Positions 52,189 to 59,428 of a stretch of DNA of 64,000 nucleotides are shown piece by piece. The notes beneath the pieces were generated by a model. It was not told the origin of the DNA. It searched no databases and was given only the letters and a program-made list of their open reading frames with translations. The first letter of the stretch is position 1. The number at the start of each line of letters is the position of its first letter. The stretch is from assembly GCA_025928655.1 (NCBI GenBank), contig JAICJC010000003.1, positions 935 to 64,934 on the forward strand, in the 5' to 3' direction. The position numbers and the translations under genes are program-made. The stretch comes from Thermoleophilia bacterium. Its GTDB lineage: Bacteria > Actinomycetota > Thermoleophilia > Gaiellales > JAICJC01.

Positions 52189-54006
52189 CTACATGCCGAT
52201 CGGCACGAATCTGGCCAGCGCGCGCTGCGCGTCCGCCACCTCGCGGAGCGCGCTGCGCAGCTGTCCGCGGGCCAGCGGAGCGAGGTCGGAGGGCGCGATC
52301 CGGTTCGTCGGCTCGAGGCCCGACTCCACCTCGCCGGCCTGGTGCTCGAACCGGAGGCGGGTGACGAGCTCGAAGCCCTCCTCGAGCGCCGCGGCCCGCT
52401 CCGGCTCGATCGCGCCGGCCTGGGCGGCGGCCCGGAGCCGGTCGACCGTCCCGGACACGGTGACGCCCGAGCGGAGGGCGTGGAAGCGGGCCAGGTTGGC
52501 GATGGGGACGACGCCGCCCCGCTTCAGGTCGATCCGCCCGTCGTCGTCGAGCTGCAGCTTGCCCCGGAACCCGAGCGGCGGCTCCCAGTCGGTGGCCGTG
52601 CGCGCGAGGCGGCGGACGAAGTCCGGGTGCGCCGGCGCCCGGCGCTCGATCTCGACCAGCGGGCGCACGATCTGGAGCCCGCCGCAGACGTGGCGGAAGT
52701 CGAACGCGACCGCCGCCCGGACGAGGTGGGAGCGGTCCGGCTGCTCCAGGCAGTCGCGGAACACGCGCCGCCAGTCGGCCTCGGACATGCGCCACTGGCG
52801 ATTGCGGGCCAGCACCTCGGCGTTGTCGGCCCCGAAGCCGCAGCGGGCCAGGCCCTCGTTCACGTCGGCGGCGACGGCGGCGTAGTGGTCGTCTTCGTCG
52901 TCCTCCGCGTAGGCGAGCGCGTTGTCCTGGTCGGAGGCCAGCGTCGCCTCGCGGCGGGCGGTCGAGCCGAGCGCCATCCATGCCCACGCCGACGGGGCAG
53001 CGCCGCGGCGCTCGAACGCGAGGTCGAGCAGGCGCACGGTGGCGGTGTCGGACTGGAGGGCGAGCACGCGGCCGAGGTCGGTGGCGACGACGCCCGCGTG
53101 GATCAGCGCCACGATCATCTGGGGCAGGTACGAGGCCGCCTCGACCACCTCGTCGACGCTCGCGGCGTGGGTGATCGAGCGGCGCAGCGCGAACGGCGTG
53201 CGGCTCTCGAGGTACATCAGATCGGTGGCGGTGACGATGCCGACGGGCGTCCCGTCCGCGGCGACGACCGGGGCGTGGTGGATGCCGAGGTCGAGCATGT
53301 CGAGCATCGCGTCGACGGCCATCCGCTCCGGCGGGAACGTGAGCGCCGGGGCGGTCATCAGGTCGGACACGGGGGTCGAGGGCGGACGGCCGCGGGCGAG
53401 CAGCTTGGCCCGCAGGTCGGAGTCGGTGACGATCCCGAAGCGCCCGTCGCCGAGCCGGACGAGCACGCACGACACGTCCGCCTCGGCCATCAGCCGCGCC
53501 GCGTCGCCCGCCTCGGCATCGGCGGTGCACTCGACTGCCGGCCGGTGCACGAGGGCGCCCAGGTGGGCGGTGCGCTGCTCGGCCTGGGCGTGCGCCACGT
53601 GGCCGGTGCGCACCAGCCGCTCGCGGAGCGAGCTGGCGACGAACTCGACCCCGGACGGGCTGCCGAGGAGGCGCAGCGCGACGTCCGCCTCGATCAGCAG
53701 GCAGACCGTCTGCTCGCGGGCGCGGACGTCGAACGCCGGCGCCATGCCGGAGAGCAGCGAGGGGTGCCCGAACGACTCGCCCGGCTCGAGGACGTCGATC
53801 ACCTCCTCCTCGTGGACGAGCTCGACCGAGCCCGAACGGACGACGTAGAGGTGGCGCGCGGGCGTCCCGTCCTCGACCAGCACGAGTTCGCCCGGCGCGT
53901 AGGCGCGCTCCTCGATCGCGCCCTCGGCCCGGGCGAGCTCCGCCTCGGGAACGCCGTCGAACGGCGCATACCGACGCAGGAATGCGGCGGCGCCCTCAGT
54001 CACCAT
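52189..54006 (-). CDS. cNMP-binding + tandem CBS + DUF294 nucleotidyltransferase signal protein (COG2905 type)
   Basis: N-terminal cNMP-binding fold (..LVLVEDG..LYVVRSGSVELV..PGESFG). A CBS pair follows. The nucleotidyltransferase motif is ALGSTARREATLASDQDNAL. A DUF294_C-like tail completes the protein. Confidence 0.8.
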   Translation of the reverse strand: MVTEGAAAFLRRYAPFDGVPEAELARAEGAIEERAYAPGELVLVEDGTPARHLYVVRSGSVELVHEEEVIDVLEPGESFGHPSLLSGMAPAFDVRAREQTVCLLIEADVALRLLGSPSGVEFVASSLRERLVRTGHVAHAQAEQRTAHLGALVHRPAVECTADAEAGDAARLMAEADVSCVLVRLGDGRFGIVTDSDLRAKLLARGRPPSTPVSDLMTAPALTFPPERMAVDAMLDMLDLGIHHAPVVAADGTPVGIVTATDLMYLESRTPFALRRSITHAASVDEVVEAASYLPQMIVALIHAGVVATDLGRVLALQSDTATVRLLDLAFERRGAAPSAWAWMALGSTARREATLASDQDNALAYAEDDEDDHYAAVAADVNEGLARCGFGADNAEVLARNRQWRMSEADWRRVFRDCLEQPDRSHLVRAAVAFDFRHVCGGLQIVRPLVEIERRAPAHPDFVRRLARTATDWEPPLGFRGKLQLDDDGRIDLKRGGVVPIANLARFHALRSGVTVSGTVDRLRAAAQAGAIEPERAAALEEGFELVTRLRFEHQAGEVESGLEPTNRIAPSDLAPLARGQLRSALREVADAQRALARFVPIGM

Positions 54007-54029
54007 GGGGCGAGATGGTACGCCGAACC

Positions 54030-54092
54030 GGGGTCAGACCCCGAACGGAAGTGAGACGGAATTGTCACGGCCGACGTTCGGGGTCTGACCCC
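54030..54092. repeat. inverted pair of REP-like palindromes (18-bp perfect arms, 27-nt spacer)
   Basis: The arms are ggggtcagaccccgaacg and cgttcggggtctgacccc. It lies between the lipoprotein stop (54095) and the cNMP/CBS gene start (54006). Confidence 0.7.
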
Positions 54093-54094
54093 GA

Positions 54095-55123
54095 TCAGGG
54101 GGCGACGCGCATCAGGCGGTCGGCGGCGGAGTCGAGCACCCAGGCCGCGTGGCCGTCGGTCACGATGGCGGTCGGGCGGCCGCCGATCACGATCCTGCGG
54201 CCGGCGGCGAGCCCGGTGGAGGGATCGAGCAGGCGCACCGCCCCGCGCCGCGCGCGGGTGCGGGTGATGATCCAGACACCGCCGCTGCCCGCGGCGATCG
54301 TCCCGTCGGCGACGGACGAGACCGTGGTCGTCCCCAGGACACGGTCGGTCGACGGGTTGATGCGCAGCACCCGCCCGCGCTCGTACACCCACACGAACCC
54401 GTTGTAGACGGTGATCTGGGTCGGCGCCCGCACCGGCGAGCGCGGCAGCGAGACCTCCCCCGATCGGCGCACCGCGCCCTTGGCGAGGGAGAACCGCAGG
54501 ATCGACTGGTCGACGCTGTCCGTCACCCACGCCGAACCGGCGACCACCGTCAGGGCGCTGGGCGACGGCCCGACCGGCGCCTGGGCGGCCGCGGCGCCGG
54601 TCAGGGGATCGACCCGCACGAGCCGGCCGCCGCCGTCCGGGGCCACCGTCGCCCACACGGATCCGTCCGCGTCCTGAAGCGCCGTCGCGGGGCCCGGCAG
54701 CTGGGCCGAGGTCGCGACCGTGGCGGTGTCGGGGTCGATCCGCCACAGGCGCGTCCCGGCCGCGAGCCACACGCCGTCGGGGCCGACGGCGAGCAGGTAC
54801 TGCCGCCCGGCGACCGGCAGCGGCACGGGCGCGCCCAGCCGGCGGCCGGTGGCCGTGTCGATCCTGACGAGCGAGCCGACCAGGCCGGGGCCGGGATCGA
54901 CGGCGCACCACAGGATGCCCGCGTCGTAGGCGAGGGCGGCCGGGCCACCCAGGTGCACGCCCGGCTCCGCGGGGGGCTGCCGGCGCGCCGGGGGCGGCGA
55001 GGCGTCGGAGGCCAGGCGCTTCGGGTGCACGGTGCGGCCGCCGTCCTCGATGTGCAGGCCTGCGCCCGACCCGCATGCGGCGCAGGCCGCCGTCGCCAGA
55101 GCGAGCGCCAGCCACCGTCTCAC
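54095..55123 (-). CDS. beta-propeller lipoprotein (Vgb/streptogramin-lyase-like repeats)
   Basis: In-frame GTG 55123 overlaps the kinase stop (GTGA). Lipobox-like LALALATAACAACGS. About 7 repeats resemble ..VW(V/A)......L.R(I/V)DP.TG... Confidence 0.7.
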   Translation of the reverse strand: MRRWLALALATAACAACGSGAGLHIEDGGRTVHPKRLASDASPPPARRQPPAEPGVHLGGPAALAYDAGILWCAVDPGPGLVGSLVRIDTATGRRLGAPVPLPVAGRQYLLAVGPDGVWLAAGTRLWRIDPDTATVATSAQLPGPATALQDADGSVWATVAPDGGGRLVRVDPLTGAAAAQAPVGPSPSALTVVAGSAWVTDSVDQSILRFSLAKGAVRRSGEVSLPRSPVRAPTQITVYNGFVWVYERGRVLRINPSTDRVLGTTTVSSVADGTIAAGSGGVWIITRTRARRGAVRLLDPSTGLAAGRRIVIGGRPTAIVTDGHAAWVLDSAADRLMRVAP

Positions 55124-56346
55124 CGTGGCGGCCTCGCGGTCGGGGCGCGGTCGCTCAGCTGGACGGTCACCTGGGCGCCACCGCCGGGCCCGTTCGCCAC
55201 GCGCAGCGAGCCGCCGAGGACGCGCGCCTGCGCGGCGGCGATCGCGAGTCCCAGTCCGATGCCGTGGCCGCGGGCCGTGTCGCCGGTCGCGAACCGCTCG
55301 GTCGCGCGAGCGAGCATGTCGGAGGCGAAGCCCGGGCCGGAGTCCGACACGACGATCGCCCGGCCGCGCACCGCGACGGTGACCGGAGGGCCGCCGTGGC
55401 GGGCGCTGTTGTCGAGCAGGTTGTCGATGATCCGCTCGAGCCGGCGGGGGTCGGTGAACGCCCGCACGGGCTCCGGGGCGTCGACGGCGACCTCGGGGCG
55501 GCGGGCGACCAGGCTGCGCACGAATGCGTCGACGTCGACCCAGCGCAGATCGGCGGTGACCGCGCCGTTCTCGAGCCGGGAGATCTCGAGCAGGTCCTCG
55601 ACCAGCGTGTGCAGGCGCGAGACGCGCTCGCGCACCACGGCCCCGACCTGGTCCGGCTCGAGCAGGCTCGCGGCCGCGACCAGCCCTGTCACCGGCGTCC
55701 GCAGGTCGTGGGCGACGTTCGCCACGAAGCGCTGCTCGTGCTCGATTCGCTCCTGGAGCGAGTCCGCCATCCGGTCCATCGCCGCGCCGAGCGCCGCCAC
55801 CTCGTCCGATCCGCGCGCGTTCACCCGGGCCGAGAGCGACCCCGCCGTCACCTGCTCCGCCGCGGCGGCCGCGACGCGCAGCCGGCGCGAGAGCCGCCAC
55901 GCCAGCGCCGCGCCGAGCAGGGCGCCGCCGCCGGCGCCCGCGAGGCCCACCTCGATCAGCGTCCGGCGCAGGTCGGCAATCGTGGCCTGGTCGGCCGCGA
56001 AGGAGACGCGCACGTAGACGCCGCTCGGCGCCCGCGCGGACGGCACGCCGGCCCAGATGTACGGCCGCCCGTGCACCGGCCCCTTGAAGGTCGCGACGCG
56101 ACGATCGGCGACGGCGCGGCGCAGCGCCTCCGGAACCCCGCGCCCGCGGCCGACCATCGACCCGGGCGAGAGGACGTCGAAGCGGTCGTAGAACCTGGCC
56201 GCGTCGCGGGCCGACGAGACGGCCTTCGCCCGGGCCCGGTCGAGCAGGTCCTGCTGGGTGAGCTCGTACACCACCAGGCCGACCGCGGCCGCCACGAGCC
56301 CCGCCAGGAGCGCGAACGACAGCGCCAGCCGGAGGCGCAGGCTCAT
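55120..56346 (-). CDS. sensor histidine kinase (TM-HAMP-HisKA-HATPase_c)
   Basis: H-box FVANVAHDLRTP and N-box IIDNLLDNSARH. G-boxes VSDSGPG and GIGLGLAI. Confidence 0.9.
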   Translation of the reverse strand: MSLRLRLALSFALLAGLVAAAVGLVVYELTQQDLLDRARAKAVSSARDAARFYDRFDVLSPGSMVGRGRGVPEALRRAVADRRVATFKGPVHGRPYIWAGVPSARAPSGVYVRVSFAADQATIADLRRTLIEVGLAGAGGGALLGAALAWRLSRRLRVAAAAAEQVTAGSLSARVNARGSDEVAALGAAMDRMADSLQERIEHEQRFVANVAHDLRTPVTGLVAAASLLEPDQVGAVVRERVSRLHTLVEDLLEISRLENGAVTADLRWVDVDAFVRSLVARRPEVAVDAPEPVRAFTDPRRLERIIDNLLDNSARHGGPPVTVAVRGRAIVVSDSGPGFASDMLARATERFATGDTARGHGIGLGLAIAAAQARVLGGSLRVANGPGGGAQVTVQLSDRAPTARPPR

Positions 56347-57008
56347 CCCGGCCGCGCCAGCTTGTACCCCGCTCCGCGCACCGTCTCGATCACGTCGGCG
56401 CCGATCTTCCCCCGCAGCCGGCGGACGTGCATGTCCACGAGCCGGGTGTCACCCGACCAGACGTACCCCCAGACGTTCTCGAGCAGCTGCTCCCGCGTCA
56501 GCACGATGCCGACGTTCTCGGCCAGCTCGAGCAGCAGCCGGTATTCCGTCGGCGTCAGGGAGAGCACGAGCCCGTCGCGCGTCACGACCATACCCCTGGG
56601 GTCGATCTCGAGATCGCCGAAGCGCAGCCGGTCGCCCTCGACGAGGCGGCTCGCGCGGCGCAGGACGGCGCGCAGGCGCGCCGCCAGGATCGGGGGCTCG
56701 AAGGGCTTGGTGACGTAGTCGTCGGCGCCCGCCTCGAGCCCGAGGACGACGTCGATCGGGTCGGTGCGGGCCGAGAGCATCACGATCGGGACCACGCTGC
56801 GGGCACGGATGCGGCGGCAGACGGTGACGCCGTCCATGCCCGGCAGCATCACGTCGAGCAGCACCACGTCGGGCGTGCCGCGGTCGAACGCCTCGATCCC
56901 GGCCTGCCCGTCTGCCGCCGTCTCGACCGCGAACCCGTCGCGCTCGAGCGTCATCCGCGTCATCTCGCGGATCGTGGGGTCGTCCTCGATCAGCAGGACC
57001 CGGTTCAT
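56343..57008 (-). CDS. OmpR-family response regulator
   Basis: REC domain (VLLIEDD..VLLDVMLPGMDG). Winged-helix output (LTPTEYRLLLELA..VDMHVRRLRGKI). Confidence 0.9.
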   Translation of the reverse strand: MNRVLLIEDDPTIREMTRMTLERDGFAVETAADGQAGIEAFDRGTPDVVLLDVMLPGMDGVTVCRRIRARSVVPIVMLSARTDPIDVVLGLEAGADDYVTKPFEPPILAARLRAVLRRASRLVEGDRLRFGDLEIDPRGMVVTRDGLVLSLTPTEYRLLLELAENVGIVLTREQLLENVWGYVWSGDTRLVDMHVRRLRGKIGADVIETVRGAGYKLARPG

Positions 57009-57436
57009 GGACCAATCATCGCCGGGGCACCGGCCGCTGTCACCCCGGAAGCGGCGCCGTTACCGAGCCGATACCGAGCAGCCGAATCCCAGACGCAACA
57101 TTCAAGAGCGCTTCGCATCGTGGGACGATCCAATCTCCCCGCTGGCCAGCAGTAAGACGTCTCGTTCGCCCGCGGAGAAGCGGGCAAATACCTCGCGATA
57201 CACATGCGCGAGTCGATCCCACGCCGTTGCCTCACGACCTCGATATGGAGGCACCGACATCCCCTGCGGACGACCGCCCGGCGGAAGTCGTGGTCGAACG
57301 TCACGACCACGAGATCTCCGCGCTCGAGGGCGAAGTCCGCGATGACGATGTCTTCATCGCCGTCTAGGCCAACCTCCCGTGCGCGGATGACCGGATGTCC
57401 TCGGCCGATCAAGAGGCGCGCGACTGGTTCGACCAT
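57005..57436 (-). CDS. DUF5615 (PIN-like) putative toxin, N-terminus possibly eroded
   Basis: VARLLIGRGHPVIRAREVGLDGDEDIVIADFALERGDLVVVTFDHDF matches the DUF5615 pattern. In-frame codons just upstream of the ATG still read ..FFIDQN, which is the family N-terminus, but carry no start codon. The stop overlaps the RR start (ATGA). The region is lower in G+C. Confidence 0.6.
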   Translation of the reverse strand: MVEPVARLLIGRGHPVIRAREVGLDGDEDIVIADFALERGDLVVVTFDHDFRRAVVRRGCRCLHIEVVRQRRGIDSRMCIARYLPASPRANETSYCWPAGRLDRPTMRSALECCVWDSAARYRLGNGAASGVTAAGAPAMIGP

Positions 57437-57470
57437 GTTCTGGTCGATGAAGAACCCAAGTCTCTCGGCT

Positions 57471-58124
57471 CTAAAGGGCTCGGTCCCGCGATTGCTGCTC
57501 CTCAGCGAGGGCAGCCTGAATGTCCTCGGAGGTCAGGTCTGGGTAGAGCTCGCGGATTCCGTCCTCATCCGCGCCGTCCTGGGCCAACCGCCGGATGGAC
57601 GCAGTCGGGATTCGAGTCCCGGCGATTACAGGTTTCGAACCGAGCTTCCCACGGCGCCGCTCGATCCGTCCGACCTCTCGCTTGTCCATTTCCCCAATCC
57701 GCGCGTCAAGCTCGGCAACGATCGCACCCACGGGAACCGGATAGACGGCGACTGTCTGATCGGGCCGGCGAGACGACCGCACCGTCTCGGACTCCTCGAA
57801 GAACAAGGCCCCAGCGACCGACCAGAATCGGACTTCAGCAAGAGGGGCCTGGTAGTCGAGCGTTTCTAAGTGAGCGGCAACCTTCCGAATCTGCTGGAGC
57901 GGGACGCCATTCGTCCGAAGGTCAGCAGCCACCCGAAGAGCTACCAAATCCCGAAAACTGTAGAGGCGCCGATGTCCACGTCCAGACTTGCGCTTGATGC
58001 TGGGCGAAAGAAACCCCTGTTCGTCCCAGTACTGCAGTTGTCGCGGTGACAACCCGGTAAGACGCATGACTCTCTTGGCTCGATCCCCCCTCCACTTGCG
58101 ATCGAGGACGCCCCATCCACCCAC
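57471..58124 (-). CDS. MerR-type HTH fused to DUF433 (putative antitoxin/regulator)
   Basis: GTG start. N-terminal MerR HTH: MRLTGLSPRQLQYWDEQGFL..YSFRDLVALRV. C-terminal DUF433: GSKPVIAGTRIPTASIRRL..LYPDLTSEDIQAAL. Confidence 0.7.
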   Translation of the reverse strand: MGGWGVLDRKWRGDRAKRVMRLTGLSPRQLQYWDEQGFLSPSIKRKSGRGHRRLYSFRDLVALRVAADLRTNGVPLQQIRKVAAHLETLDYQAPLAEVRFWSVAGALFFEESETVRSSRRPDQTVAVYPVPVGAIVAELDARIGEMDKREVGRIERRRGKLGSKPVIAGTRIPTASIRRLAQDGADEDGIRELYPDLTSEDIQAALAEEQQSRDRAL

Positions 58125-58144
58125 CCGGCAAGTAGCATCGGGAG

Positions 58145-58315
58145 ATGCCCAGGTGGCTCGGAATCGCGCTCGTCGTCACGGCGCTCGTCGGGATACCCGC
58201 CGTCGCCGGCCTCGTGGCGTCCTCGCGGCCTCCCCCGGCTCCGCACCGGGCCCGGGCTCGCGTCCAGGTCTCGGGCGCGCCGCTCATCGGCTACGGCGCG
58301 CCGGCGAAGACCTGA
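58145..58315 (+). CDS. candidate 56-aa membrane-anchored small protein
   Basis: Not in the track because it is under 60 aa. The ATG..TGA frame has mostly G/C at third positions and reads MPRWLGIALVVTALVGIPAVAGLVASSRPPPAPH... The SD (GGGAG) abuts the ATG, which is too close. Confidence 0.25.
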   Translation: MPRWLGIALVVTALVGIPAVAGLVASSRPPPAPHRARARVQVSGAPLIGYGAPAKT

Positions 58316-58319
58316 CCCC

Positions 58320-58715
58320 TCAGCGCCCGAGATCGTCCGGCGTGCGCGGCTCGACCGTCGAGCCCTGCAGCTGGCCGCGCTCGCTCGTCGCCGCCTTGCC
58401 GAGCCGGCGGTAGCGCGGGTCGCGCACCGGCGCGTCGACGACGTCGACCTCGCGGGTCGTGCCGAGCATCAGACCGAAGAGCGCGAACATCACGCCCAGC
58501 GCCGCCGGCATGCCGAAGGCGACCGAGAACGGGTTGGAGGCGCTGCCGGTGACGAGCTTGGAGCCGATCGCGTACTCGACCAGGAAGCCGATCACCCAGC
58601 CGAGGACGAACCCGATCGCGAGCCCGCCCAGCTGGCGCTTGCGGCGTCCGTGGCGCCCGCCCGGGCCCTCCCGCTGGTTCAGCGCATCGGAAGGCGGTTG
58701 AACATCTGCAGCCAT
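58320..58715 (-). CDS. hypothetical two-TM membrane protein
   Basis: ORF with a basic N-terminus (GRHGRRKRQ) and two hydrophobic helices (LGGLAIGFVLGWVIGFLV, FGMPAALGVMFALFGLML). Confidence 0.5.
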   Translation of the reverse strand: MAADVQPPSDALNQREGPGGRHGRRKRQLGGLAIGFVLGWVIGFLVEYAIGSKLVTGSASNPFSVAFGMPAALGVMFALFGLMLGTTREVDVVDAPVRDPRYRRLGKAATSERGQLQGSTVEPRTPDDLGR

Positions 58716-58768
58716 GCTGGACCCCTACCCCGCTCGGGAGCGCAGCTAACCCCGTCATGCCGGCTCGC

Positions 58769-59428
58769 TCAGCCGCGCTCGGCGTGCGCGTAGGACTCGA
58801 CGGCCCGCTCGCGCGCGCGGGTGGCGCAGGCGAGGCCCGGACGCAGCCGTTCCAGGTGCGCATCGGCCATCGCGTGGCGCGAGAGCATGCTCACGTTCAG
58901 CTGGGCGAGCGTCGCCGCCGAGCGCGCGGCTGCCTCGGCCAGGACCGCCCCGGTGATCGCATCGCCCTCCAGGTTGCGGTTGCCGTGCGCGGCCACGTCG
59001 GCGGCGAGCGTCGCCACCTCGGCCGCGATCTCGAGCACCTGCATCGGGCAGTCGATCGCCCCGGCCACCGCCACGTCCAGCCGGGCGGCGCGCTCGGGCC
59101 CCGCCGGCATCCGCAGGGCCGCCAGCACCTGCGCGTAGGCGGCGCCGTCGGCGTCGGCCAGCGCCGCGGCCCGGGCGCGCAGCTCGTGCGCGCGGGCGCC
59201 GACGGGGTCCAGCATCCCGGTCCCGTCGAAGGCGGCCGCCATCTCCACGAGGCCCGCCGCCATCGCGCACGTGACCGCCGCCACCGACCCGCCGCCGGGC
59301 GCGGGCGTCCTGGCGGCGAGCCGGTCGAGGAACCCGGCCAGCGTGGTGGTCAGATACGGCTCTGACCCGACGTCGGAGTCGCTGGAGGAGCCGCTAGAAG
59401 AGCCCAACCGTCCGCCCGTCTTCGTCAA
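58769..59428 (-). CDS. fchA: cyclodeaminase/cyclohydrolase-domain protein (methenyl-THF cyclohydrolase FchA-like)
   Basis: Motif PAPGGGSVAAVTCAMAAGLVEMA plus a helical FTCD_C-type domain. The ATG 59428 overlaps the fhs 3' end by 35 nt, so the true start may lie downstream. Confidence 0.7.
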   Translation of the reverse strand: MTKTGGRLGSSSGSSSDSDVGSEPYLTTTLAGFLDRLAARTPAPGGGSVAAVTCAMAAGLVEMAAAFDGTGMLDPVGARAHELRARAAALADADGAAYAQVLAALRMPAGPERAARLDVAVAGAIDCPMQVLEIAAEVATLAADVAAHGNRNLEGDAITGAVLAEAAARSAATLAQLNVSMLSRHAMADAHLERLRPGLACATRARERAVESYAHAERG

